Origin: an uncultured Chloroflexia bacterium
GTDB lineage: Bacteria; Chloroflexota; Chloroflexia; Thermomicrobiales; UBA6265
Direction: 5' to 3'
DNA: 64,000 nt
NCBI GenBank assembly: GCA_963724295.1
Contig: CAVRUC010000008.1
Span: 256,001 to 320,000, forward strand
Both the position numbers and the translations under genes were made by a program. Below the pieces are notes generated by a model. The model did no database searches. It was not told the DNA's origin and worked only from the letters and a program-made list of their open reading frames with translations. Positions within the stretch are counted from its first letter, which is position 1; each line of letters begins with the position of its first letter. Below, in pieces: positions 48,502-57,208 of the stretch.

Positions 48502-48654
48502 ATGCGAGAGGCAGTCTTGCTGGTGACGGCGGCGAGTTGCGGGTTCATGGCGTTCATGTTCGGCAAGACATCGGATAACGACTGGGGGAGTGTGCTCATG
48601 TCGGTGATGCTTGCCGGATCGGCAGGTGTTCTACTCATCCTGGCCGCCGAGTAG
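48502..48654 (+). CDS. 50-aa two-helix membrane protein (hypothetical)
   Basis: GGAGAGGT SD; MREAVLLVTAASCGFMAFMFGKTSDNDWGSVLMSVMLAGSAGVLLILAAE. Confidence 0.5.
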   Translation: MREAVLLVTAASCGFMAFMFGKTSDNDWGSVLMSVMLAGSAGVLLILAAE

Positions 48655-48704
48655 GTGTTCCTTCCTCGAAGACGGAAGAACGAACAACTCTTGTCAGGTC
48701 AGAA

Positions 48705-50012
48705 GTGGGAGCCCGGCAGGTGGGGTACCGCGGTCGGGGACCATTGACGTCGCGGCGATCGTCAAGTCCGTCTAACTTCGTTCCTTTGCTCGGCGGCATC
48801 CTGGCCCTGGCAGCGGCGATGGGCATTGGTCGCTTCGCGTACACACCGCTCCTGCCAGCCATGCAGGAGACAGCCGGGCTCGATCCCACCCAGGCTGGAC
48901 TTCTCGCCGCCGCCAACTACGCGGGCTACCTGGTGGGGGCGCTGCTGGTCGCGGTTGCCGTGCCCGCGTCCGCACGCATTCGGGTCCTGATGGTGTCCGC
49001 CAGCGCGGTGGCGGCCACCACCGCGTTGATGGCGACCACGACGAATCTCGCTGCCTGGAGTGTCGTCCGCTTCATCGCCGGTCTGGCCAGCGCCGGAGTG
49101 CTCGTGATAGCCACTGGCATCGTCCTCGACAGCCTGCGGCGACAGGGCCGGGCAACGCTCTCCGGGTGGCTGTTCAGCGGGGTCGGTCTCGGCATCGTGG
49201 TCTCGGGCGTCGTCGTGCGCCTGACGAGAGAGATGCTCGGTTGGCGCGGAGACTGGCTCTTGCTCGCCCTCCTCGCCACCGCCGCGATCTACCCCTGCTG
49301 GCGGTGGCTGCCCCGCGCTGTGCACGTGCATGCGAACGCCCGGTCCACCACGTCAACACTGGAGCCAGCGCCGGCCTCGATGAGGAACCATGCGGCGCCG
49401 ATCGCTCATGGACTGCTATTCACGGCCTACTTCCTGGAAGGGATTGGCTATATCGTCACGGGGACCTTCCTGGTGGCCATCGTCGATAGCACACCGGGGC
49501 TGCGGGGCATCGGCGTCAACGTCTGGATCGTCGTCGGTCTGGCGGCTATCCCATCCGCCGTCCTCTGGGCGGCATTGGCCGGACGCACGGGGTATGCACG
49601 GGCTTTGGCCGGCGCCTATGTGCTGCAGGCAATCGGCATTGCCCTTCCCATCGCCGGCGGCGCCAGCGCCGCGTTCGCCTCAGCACTGTTGTTCGGAGGC
49701 ACGTTCGCCGGTATCACAGCCCTCACCCTCACCCTGGGTGGGCATCTGGAGACCAGCCGTTCGGCTCGCCTGATCGGGATGCTGACCGCCGTCTTCGGTC
49801 TCGGCCAGATGATCGGTCCGGTGCTGGGCGGCGTCATCGCCCACCGAACCCAGAATTTCACTCTGGCGCTCGCCGCCGCGGCAGTCTGCGTCCTCGCCGG
49901 CGGCGTGCTGATGGCATCGCTACAGCCGTTCGATCCACTGCGGCAGGGGTCGCAAACGTCATCCGGCGAAAACAGGTCCACGCCGCCGATGCCGGCCGGT
50001 CGCACGCGGTAG
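48705..50012 (+). CDS. YbfB/YjiJ-family MFS transporter (start uncertain)
   Basis: Motifs 'AMGIGRFAYTPLLPAM', 'ANYAGYLVGAL', 'AYFLEGIGYIVTGTFL' and 'FGLGQMIGP'. Confidence 0.9.
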   Translation: MGARQVGYRGRGPLTSRRSSSPSNFVPLLGGILALAAAMGIGRFAYTPLLPAMQETAGLDPTQAGLLAAANYAGYLVGALLVAVAVPASARIRVLMVSASAVAATTALMATTTNLAAWSVVRFIAGLASAGVLVIATGIVLDSLRRQGRATLSGWLFSGVGLGIVVSGVVVRLTREMLGWRGDWLLLALLATAAIYPCWRWLPRAVHVHANARSTTSTLEPAPASMRNHAAPIAHGLLFTAYFLEGIGYIVTGTFLVAIVDSTPGLRGIGVNVWIVVGLAAIPSAVLWAALAGRTGYARALAGAYVLQAIGIALPIAGGASAAFASALLFGGTFAGITALTLTLGGHLETSRSARLIGMLTAVFGLGQMIGPVLGGVIAHRTQNFTLALAAAAVCVLAGGVLMASLQPFDPLRQGSQTSSGENRSTPPMPAGRTR

Positions 50013-50021
50013 GCTTGGGTC

Positions 50022-50543
50022 ATGACCATGCCCGACCGAAAGAGGATGGAAGCGATGGAGCTCGATCAGGCGGCGAAGAAGAAAGTCCTGCGTGACTTTA
50101 CCTACGGACTCTACGCGGTGACGGCCACCCACGACGGCGAGCGCGGTGTTTTCACCGCCAACTGGTTGAGCCAGGCGTCGTTCGAGCCACCGCTGGTGAT
50201 GCTCTCCGTCGAGAACGACAGCTCGACCTTGCCCCTCATCCGCGGCAGCGGGCGCTTTGCGATCTGTCCCCTGGACGAAAACCAGAAGGCGCTGGCGGGG
50301 GCGCTGGGTCGCCCCAAAGCCCGCGCTGGGGACAAGTACGAGGCGCTCGACCTGGCCGTCGTCGACACCGAGAGTGGCGTGCCCGCGCTGGCTGACAGCC
50401 TCGGCTATGTCGTCTGCGATGTCCGCCATGAGGCGCCCGCCGGCGACTCGGTCGTCGTTATCGGCGAGGTCGTGGAGGCCCGCTCCTTCGCGGACACCCC
50501 ACCGCTGGAGATGCGCGCCGCCGGATTTCGCCACGCGGGATAG
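50022..50543 (+). CDS. Flavin reductase family protein
   Basis: Motifs 'TYGLYAVT', 'FTANWLSQASFEPPLV' and 'AGDSVVVIGEV'. Confidence 0.9.
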   Translation: MTMPDRKRMEAMELDQAAKKKVLRDFTYGLYAVTATHDGERGVFTANWLSQASFEPPLVMLSVENDSSTLPLIRGSGRFAICPLDENQKALAGALGRPKARAGDKYEALDLAVVDTESGVPALADSLGYVVCDVRHEAPAGDSVVVIGEVVEARSFADTPPLEMRAAGFRHAG

Positions 50544-50548
50544 CTTCC

Positions 50549-50728
50549 GGAGGGGGGCGCTGCGCTGAGGGGGGGCGCCTTCGGCTGAGGGGGGCGGCCG
50601 CTCCGCGGCCTGAGGGGGAATGGGGAGAAAAGGGGCAGGGCGGGAACTCACCTCGTCCTTTGACCTTCTCCTCATCCCCCCTGGAGCGAAGCGACCCCCT
50701 TCTGCCCCTCAGCGAAGCGCCCCTCTAG
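50549..50728. repeat. Variant modular palindromic repeat (TGAGGGGG arm / CCCCTC arm) between convergent genes
   Basis: Three TGAGGGGG cores separated by mini-hairpins. The right arm has GAGCGAAGCG and AGCGAAGCG units. Confidence 0.75.
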
Positions 50729-50985
50729 CCTCTCGCTGGTTCCTGCGAGAGGTCCTCCTGCTGCTCGGTCGCGTCTTCCACGGTGTACTCGTCCTCGATG
50801 TCGCCGTCATCCTCCAGCTCGTAGTCACCGGAGGCGATGACGTGCAGATCCTCCAGCACGTCGTAGGCGGCGAACGTGGCCTCCGCGAAGTCGACCTCAC
50901 CATGCACGTAGCGGACGAAGATTTCCGTCAACTCGGTGCCAATCCCGCGGGCGAGCATCTCCTGCTCCGCTGGGTTCTTGTCCAT
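50725..50985 (-). CDS. Small acidic hypothetical protein (86 aa)
   Basis: MDKNPAEQEMLARGIGTELTEIFVRYVHGEVDF... with coding-like codon usage. The longer track ORF only reads through repeat DNA. Confidence 0.65.
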   Translation of the reverse strand: MDKNPAEQEMLARGIGTELTEIFVRYVHGEVDFAEATFAAYDVLEDLHVIASGDYELEDDGDIEDEYTVEDATEQQEDLSQEPARG

Positions 50986-51084
50986 TCCGGCGCCCCCATT
51001 TCCGCCCGCACCTGATCCGGGCGATGACCTACGCATTCTGCCGCACGGCGGCGCCAGTACGGGAGAGTATCGCCGGTTGAGGGT

Positions 51085-51291
51085 GAAGGGGGTGCCGCTT
51101 CGCTCAGGGGGTGCCGGTCGCTGCACTCCCTCAGGGGGAGTCGCCCGCGGCTCAGGGGGTAAAGGACGAAGGGAAAGACGACCCAACCCCCTCTCCCGCC
51201 GAAGACAGGAGAAGGGGGTTAGGGAGTGAGGGCAGAGGTCGGCTCGCCAGCTGCTTACCGACTTGCCGACTTCCGACTTCGGACTTCCGAC
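51085..51291. repeat. Cluster of TCAGGGGG modules, a CCCCTCTCC palindrome and TTCCGAC heptamers
   Basis: TCAGGGGG at 51104, 51131, 51152; palindrome at 51181-51233; five heptamer-like units at 51256-51291. Confidence 0.8.
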
Positions 51292-51297
51292 TCGATG

Positions 51298-51423
51298 CTA
51301 GTCCGCGCCGATGGCGCTAGGCTCGACCGTCACCACCAGCATGCTGGCACCGGTCGGCGCCACCATCCAGGCCACCACCAAGGCAATGAACGCTACGAAC
51401 GCCGCGATCGTCATCATGTCCAT
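51298..51423 (-). CDS. 41-aa single-pass membrane peptide downstream of amtB (not in the ORF track)
   Basis: AAGGAGGG SD six nt before ATG; MDMMTIAAFVAFIALVVAWMVAPTGASMLVVTVEPSAIGAD-stop; strongly G/C-ending codons. Confidence 0.75.
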   Translation of the reverse strand: MDMMTIAAFVAFIALVVAWMVAPTGASMLVVTVEPSAIGAD

Positions 51424-51461
51424 GCCGTTCCCTCCTTCGACTGTCCGCCTTTGCGGATTGC

Positions 51462-51485
51462 GGGCGACGCAGGCGTCGCCCCTAC
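51462..51485 (-). repeat. GTAG-type REP element
   Basis: GTAG-GGGCGACGC-CT-GCGTCGCCC: a GTAG tetranucleotide abutting a perfect 9-bp stem. Confidence 0.75.
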
Positions 51486-51534
51486 ACGTTGCCTTCTTCT
51501 TCTCGACTCCCCGACTGCTCGACTCCTCGACTCG

Positions 51535-52755
51535 TCACAACTGGTACGCCACCTCGCCGTGCGTGGTGGCATCGAGACCGAGGACTTCCTCCTGCTCCGG
51601 CACGCGCAGGCCAACGGTGACGTCGACGATTTTGAGGATGATCCAGGTCGCGGCGGCCGTGAACGCCGCCACGGCGGCCACCGCAACCGCCTGCTTCAGC
51701 AGCTGCCCAGGGTTGCCGTAGAAGAGGCCATCGGCACCGGCCGAATTGACCGTCGTCGTCGCGAAGAGCCCGGTCGCCAGCGCGCCCCAGATGCCACCCA
51801 CACCATGGACGGCGAAGACGTCGAGCGCGTCATCGACCCCGACGTTTCGCTTCAGGATGTCTACCGCGAAGAAGCAGAAGATGCCGGCGCCAAGACCGAT
51901 CAGAATCGAGGCGGGCGTATCGACGAACCCGGCGGCCGGGGTGATCGCGACCAGACCGGAGACCGCACCGGCCGCCAACCCGAGCAGGCTGGGATGCCCG
52001 TGCCGGAGCCAGGAGGCGGTCATCCAGGCGAGACCGCCCATCGCCGCGGCGGTGTTGGTGACCACCAGTGCGTTCACCGCCAGACCGTTCGCGCCGAGAG
52101 CGCTGCCGCCGTTGAACCCGAACCAGCCAAACCAGAGGAGACCAGCGCCGAGCACGGTATAGGTCAGGTTGTGCGGCTCCAGCGGTGCGCTGCCGAAGCC
52201 GATGCGCTTGCCGAGCATGCCCGCGGCGACCAGTGCCGCTACTCCGGCGGTGATGTGGACGACGGTGCCGCCGGCAAAGTCGAGTGCGCCGTACGTGCGC
52301 AGCCAGCCGCCGACACCCCAGACCCAGTGGGCCACCGGAGCGTAGACGAGCGTCGCCCAGAGGAGACTGAAGATGGCCATCGCCTTGAACCGCTTGCGCT
52401 CGGCGAAGGCGCCGGAGATGAGCGCCGGAGTGATGATGGCGAACATCATCTGGAACGCCATGAACGAAAGCGCCGGGATCGTCGCCGCATAGTCGGCGTT
52501 CGGCTCCTGCCCGACTCCGCGCAGAGCCAGCCAGTCGATGCCACCGATGAGGCTTCCGCCCGGGGCAAACGCCAGCGAGTATCCCCACAGCACCCACTGC
52601 ACGCTGATCAGCGCCAGGATGAAGAAGCTATGCATGATGGTGGACAGCACATTCTTGCGCTGCACCAACCCGCCGTAGAAGAAACCCAGAGCCGGCGTCA
52701 TCAGCATCACCAGCGCCGTTGACATCAGCACCCAGGCGGTATCACCGGTATCCAA
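51535..52755 (-). CDS. amtB: Ammonium transporter (Amt family)
   Basis: Motifs 'DTGDTAW..STALVMLMTP', 'FQMMFAIIT', 'AHWVWG..GWL', 'DFAGGTVVH', 'WFGWFGFNGGS' and 'DDALDVFAVHG'. Confidence 0.96.
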   Translation of the reverse strand: MDTGDTAWVLMSTALVMLMTPALGFFYGGLVQRKNVLSTIMHSFFILALISVQWVLWGYSLAFAPGGSLIGGIDWLALRGVGQEPNADYAATIPALSFMAFQMMFAIITPALISGAFAERKRFKAMAIFSLLWATLVYAPVAHWVWGVGGWLRTYGALDFAGGTVVHITAGVAALVAAGMLGKRIGFGSAPLEPHNLTYTVLGAGLLWFGWFGFNGGSALGANGLAVNALVVTNTAAAMGGLAWMTASWLRHGHPSLLGLAAGAVSGLVAITPAAGFVDTPASILIGLGAGIFCFFAVDILKRNVGVDDALDVFAVHGVGGIWGALATGLFATTTVNSAGADGLFYGNPGQLLKQAVAVAAVAAFTAAATWIILKIVDVTVGLRVPEQEEVLGLDATTHGEVAYQL

Positions 52756-52888
52756 GACTTCCCTCCCTATACGCGCCGCGCCAAGCGACAGCCATTCGCC
52801 GGGTCGCGACGGACCCTTCTAGGAGGAGTCTAGGAACCGGGCAATCCCATGAATACGTGCCGTGTGGACGAATTGCTCATCGGGTTTA

Positions 52889-52901
52889 GTGCAATTTGCA
52901 C
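52889..52901. promoter_or_regulatory. Palindrome upstream of amtB, possible regulator site
   Basis: Perfect GTGCAA-T-TTGCAC in an AT-rich patch. Confidence 0.35.
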
Positions 52902-53011
52902 AATTTTCGGATGGACTCGCCAGAGTGCGCGGCGCTGGCCGATCGCGTTTGTGCGCCAAGAACAAGCGGGAGCGGATGCAAACGTGCGGCTCGCCACCCC
53001 GCGGCGGGAGC

Positions 53012-53668
53012 TCACCAACCTGGGTTCCAGGGAGGAAACCGCTCCGGCTCGGGCAGCGACAACGCTGGCCGGTGTTGGGGGAAGACCAGCTCCGCGCGCG
53101 GCTCCGCTACCGACCGCCGCAGCTCGTAGTTGAGCATTTTCACCGTCGAAGGGATGGCTCCGGCACTCTCCATGCGCCGGATGGCCGGACCAGGGTTGGT
53201 CTCCGAGCTGAAGAGCGCATCTTCCAGAAGAAAGACGTGCTGCCCCGCCTCGATCAGACCGAGCACCGATTGCAGCACGCAGACGTCGGTCTCACCGCCG
53301 GCGACGGCGATCTGGCTCCGTCCCAGCCGGCCGATCGCGTCCACGATCGACGGCTCACCGCAGCAGTTGAAGGTCTGCTTGGTATGACGCTGCCCATGCG
53401 CCGGGAAGAACGGCTCCAATCGCTCCGGCAACCAGCCCTTGGTCTCGATCGGTTGCTCGAAGGTGGCCAGGAACGGCACTTCGTAGACGGTCGCCAGGGC
53501 GAACAGGAACTCCAGCCGCGCCAGCAACGGCTCGCTCTCCCCGGCCATCCAGCCGTCGAGGAAATAGGGCTGCACGTCGATGACGACGATCGCCAGATCT
53601 GTCGGGTCAACCATCAATCGGACCATCACACGTATTCCCTCTGCAGTCGGTTGGGCTATGGCGCTCAA
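53012..53668 (-). CDS. Isochorismatase family cysteine hydrolase
   Basis: Motifs 'VIDVQ', 'KQTFNCC' and 'GGETDVCVLQS'. Confidence 0.88.
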   Translation of the reverse strand: MSAIAQPTAEGIRVMVRLMVDPTDLAIVVIDVQPYFLDGWMAGESEPLLARLEFLFALATVYEVPFLATFEQPIETKGWLPERLEPFFPAHGQRHTKQTFNCCGEPSIVDAIGRLGRSQIAVAGGETDVCVLQSVLGLIEAGQHVFLLEDALFSSETNPGPAIRRMESAGAIPSTVKMLNYELRRSVAEPRAELVFPQHRPALSLPEPERFPPWNPGW

Positions 53669-53727
53669 GCTGGATCCTGGCGACTCTGCTAATTGCCCGA
53701 TCCCGCGTGCGATGTGCAGCGCCTACC

Positions 53728-56700
53728 TCAGATGACGAGCACGGCGTCCAGCTTTGCCTCGGCCAGCCGTGCGTTGAACGCAGGCAAGTCGGCGGCGATG
53801 AGCCTCTCGAACGACGCGATCTTTTCGTCGATGCGGGTCTGCAGGTCGTTGAAAACCTCCTCGGCGACGTCGGTGGGTCGGTAGTCGCCGAGTGAGACGT
53901 CGGCGGCGAGCGCCGTCAACTTGCCGAGGAGGCGCACCCCGTAGTTATAGGTCTCCCAGTCGCAACGAAGGTCCGCTACGAGCAGTGTCTTTTCGATCTC
54001 TAGCACGGCATCCCGCAAGCCCTCTGCGGCGCTTGCCACCTCCGCGCTCCCTTCCCGGTCTCGGGTTCGCTTCGCCCAACCGTCGAGCTGCGCTCGCAGG
54101 TCGCGCATGCGGTTGATCGTGGTCGTGGTGTGGTCGACCTGACGGTGAATCCGCAATAGCAAGTCATGCTGAGCGTCGAGATCAGCCTGAGTGGCCGCCA
54201 CGTTCCCCGGTTTGAGGATGCGGAAAGGCTGGGTCAACACGGTGGCTCCGACGGTCAGCGTAACGGTGTATTCGCCGGGAGCGACCATGGGACCGACGAT
54301 CGGCTCCTTGCAGGGCGGATCGGTCCCCTCGATCCTGGTCGCCGGAGTGTGGCGCATATCCCAGACGAATCGGTTCCAACCAACCTGGGCCGGTACCCGG
54401 CGCTCCTTGGCCTGGGGCGGGTCATCCTCTTTGCGGCTGGAGAATTCCCGGATCGTCTCGCCATTCGCGGCGCGGAAAGTCAAGCCGATCGGCTCCTCGG
54501 GTGCGCCAACCAGCCGGTAGGTGATGATCACCCCCGCGGGTGGGTTCTCCCCGACGTCGAGGTACGTGCGGACGGCCTCGCCGTCAGCCGACGTCTCCAC
54601 GGTGAATGCGCCGGGGCGCATGGTGAGGTAGTTGGTCGAGCCAGCAACCTCGTCGGCAAAATCGATACCCGGCAGGATGCGCGTGGTGTCCCGCGGAGCG
54701 AAGAGATATGGCTCGCCATCCGGCACGCCACCTTGCGGACCCTCGGCCAGGTCCCGCAGCGGGGATAGGTCGTCCAGAATCCAGATCGAACGCCCGTGGG
54801 TGCCCGCGATCAGGTCGCTGCCCTTGATCAGGAGGTCGTGGATCGGCGCCACCGGCAAGTTTGACTGCCAGCGCTGCCAGCGGCCGCCGTCATCGAATGA
54901 GACGTAGATGCCGGACTCGGTACCGGCGTAGAGAAGCCCTTGCCGCTGCGAATCGGCGCGAATGACACGAGTGAAATCATCCTCGCGGATGCCGGCGTCG
55001 ATCCGGGACCAGTGCGCGCCGTAGTCGCGGGTCACGTAGAGATACGGTCGGTAGTCGTCGAGCTTGTACCGGGTAGCGGCGACATAGGCGGTGGCGGGAT
55101 CGAAGGGAGAGGGCTCGATGCCGGAGATCATCGTCCACTCGGGCAAGCCAGGCGGCGTGATCTCCTGCCAGGTGCCGCCGTTGTCACGGCTGAGGTGGAG
55201 ACGGCCGTCGTCCGACCCGGCCCAGAAGACCCCGACCTCGTGGGGCGACTCGGCAAAGGCGAAGATGGTGGCGTAGACCTCGGCGCCGAGCGAGTCGCGG
55301 TTGATCGGGCCGCCACTTGGCTCGAGCGTCTTGGGGTCGGCTCGCGTCAGATCAGGGCTGATCGCTTCCCAGGTCTGCCCTTCGTTTGTGCTCCGGAAGA
55401 CCTGATTGCCGGTGACGTAGAGCGTATTGGGGTTATGAGGGGAGACGACAATGGGGTAGGTCCAGGCGAAGCGATGCTTGTGCTCTCCGGCGCCATAGCC
55501 GCCCATTTCCTCGGGCCAGGTCGTAATGAGACGAATTTGATCGATGCCGCGGTCGAAGCGCTGGAGGGAGTTGCCGCCCCCGGGAGACGAACCGACAGCG
55601 CCGACGTAGACGACCTCCGGGTTGTCGGGGCGAACGGCGATGTAGCCGCTCTCACCGGTGCCGGCAATGAAGCCGTCGCCCCAGGTGATCGAGGAGTGGT
55701 TGGTGCGGCTGGGGACGGCGACGCTGGAATTGTCCTGCTGGGTGCCATAGACGACGTAGGGCTCGCGGGTGTCGACGGCAATGTGATAGAACTGGGCGGT
55801 CGGCTGGTTAAAGGTGGATGACCAGGAAAAGCCGCCGTTGACGGAGACGTTGGCGCCGCCGTCGTTGCCTTGAATCATGCGGCGAGTGTCGTGGGGGTCG
55901 ATCCACAGATCGTGGTTGTCGCCGTGTGGCGTTGGGATGTCAGCGAAGGTCTTGCCACCGTCGCTGCTCTTCCAGAGTTTGAAGTTGTTGACGTAGACCG
56001 TGTCGGCGTCCTGGGGATCGGCGGTGACATGGATGTAGTACCAGGCGCGTGAGATCAGGTTCTGGTCGTCGCTGACTTTCTGCCAATGGTCTCCATGATC
56101 GTCACTCCGGTAGAGGCCACCCTCGGTGGCGTGCTCGACGAGCGCCCAGACACGGCCAGGGCGAGCCGGCGATGCGGCCACCCCGATCTTGCCAAGCACG
56201 CCGGATGGAAGGTGCGGGCGCTCTGTCAGGTTCTCCCAGGTCTCGCCGCCGTCGACGCTGCGCCAGAATCCGCTATCGGGCCCGCCGCTGCTGATTTCCC
56301 AGAAGGAGCGATGGGCCTCCCAGATGGCGGCGTAAAGGATGCGTGGGTTGGTCTCGTCAAGACTGAGATCGACCGCCCCGGCCTGTTCGCTGACGAAGAG
56401 AACCTTGCGCCAGGTTACGCCGCCGTCGTCGCTCTTGAACACGCCACGCTCCGAGTTGGGCCCGAAGGCGTGACCGAGCGCCGCGACCCACACGACGTCC
56501 GGGTTGTCCGGGTGGACGCGAATCTTGCCGATGTGGCGCGTTTCGCGCAGCCCGAGGTTGCGCCAGCTTCGGCCGGCGTCGGTACTGCGATAGACCCCAT
56601 CGCCGTGGGAGACATCGATGCGGATGGTGGTCTCGCCGGTGCCGGCGTAGACGACGTTCGCGTCAGAAGGCGCCACGGCCAGGGCTCCGACCGAGGCGGT

Positions 56701-56901
56701 GGTGAAGAAGCCATCGGACACGGGCCGCCAGTATGTTCCGGCATCGGTCGTTTTCCAGACGCCGCCGGCGACAGCGCCGAAATAGAACGTGCTGGGATCT
56801 TGCCGTGTGCCGGCTACGGCAACGACGCGGCCACCCCGGAACGGTCCGATGCAGCGCCATCTGAGCAGCCCCTCAAGATCGAGTTCCTGAATCTCGGACA
56901 C
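53728..56901 (-). CDS. VPS10/sortilin-like BNR (Asp-box) repeat beta-propeller protein
   Basis: 'WRCIGPFRGGRV', many SxDGGxTW Asp-boxes, 'PHGDNHDLWIDP', 'GNDGG' and 'GTHGRSIWILDD'. GTG at 56901 follows GAAGGA. Confidence 0.88.
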   Translation of the reverse strand: MSEIQELDLEGLLRWRCIGPFRGGRVVAVAGTRQDPSTFYFGAVAGGVWKTTDAGTYWRPVSDGFFTTASVGALAVAPSDANVVYAGTGETTIRIDVSHGDGVYRSTDAGRSWRNLGLRETRHIGKIRVHPDNPDVVWVAALGHAFGPNSERGVFKSDDGGVTWRKVLFVSEQAGAVDLSLDETNPRILYAAIWEAHRSFWEISSGGPDSGFWRSVDGGETWENLTERPHLPSGVLGKIGVAASPARPGRVWALVEHATEGGLYRSDDHGDHWQKVSDDQNLISRAWYYIHVTADPQDADTVYVNNFKLWKSSDGGKTFADIPTPHGDNHDLWIDPHDTRRMIQGNDGGANVSVNGGFSWSSTFNQPTAQFYHIAVDTREPYVVYGTQQDNSSVAVPSRTNHSSITWGDGFIAGTGESGYIAVRPDNPEVVYVGAVGSSPGGGNSLQRFDRGIDQIRLITTWPEEMGGYGAGEHKHRFAWTYPIVVSPHNPNTLYVTGNQVFRSTNEGQTWEAISPDLTRADPKTLEPSGGPINRDSLGAEVYATIFAFAESPHEVGVFWAGSDDGRLHLSRDNGGTWQEITPPGLPEWTMISGIEPSPFDPATAYVAATRYKLDDYRPYLYVTRDYGAHWSRIDAGIREDDFTRVIRADSQRQGLLYAGTESGIYVSFDDGGRWQRWQSNLPVAPIHDLLIKGSDLIAGTHGRSIWILDDLSPLRDLAEGPQGGVPDGEPYLFAPRDTTRILPGIDFADEVAGSTNYLTMRPGAFTVETSADGEAVRTYLDVGENPPAGVIITYRLVGAPEEPIGLTFRAANGETIREFSSRKEDDPPQAKERRVPAQVGWNRFVWDMRHTPATRIEGTDPPCKEPIVGPMVAPGEYTVTLTVGATVLTQPFRILKPGNVAATQADLDAQHDLLLRIHRQVDHTTTTINRMRDLRAQLDGWAKRTRDREGSAEVASAAEGLRDAVLEIEKTLLVADLRCDWETYNYGVRLLGKLTALAADVSLGDYRPTDVAEEVFNDLQTRIDEKIASFERLIAADLPAFNARLAEAKLDAVLVI

Positions 56902-57208
56902 GGTAGATTCCTTCCACTTCAGGTTAGCGTTGTCGCAACCCCGGCCTAACCCACTGCGCTCAGCTCGAAGTCCGAGTGTCACGCGGCGCATAGCGATGGA
57001 ATCGATGAAGGCGCTCCGTGGATCTGGACGACGTGATTGTAGCGGCGTGTGATGGGAACGCCGCCGCAGGGTGATGACCACCCTGCCTGAACGGGAACTG
57101 GCTCCCACCCCGCGTCGTATACTCGCCGGGCGCCCCGCCGGCCCGCGGGGCGCGTTCGTCAGACCGAGGAACGCCCGCGTGGGACAGGCGATACCGCCGA
57201 CCAAGGGA

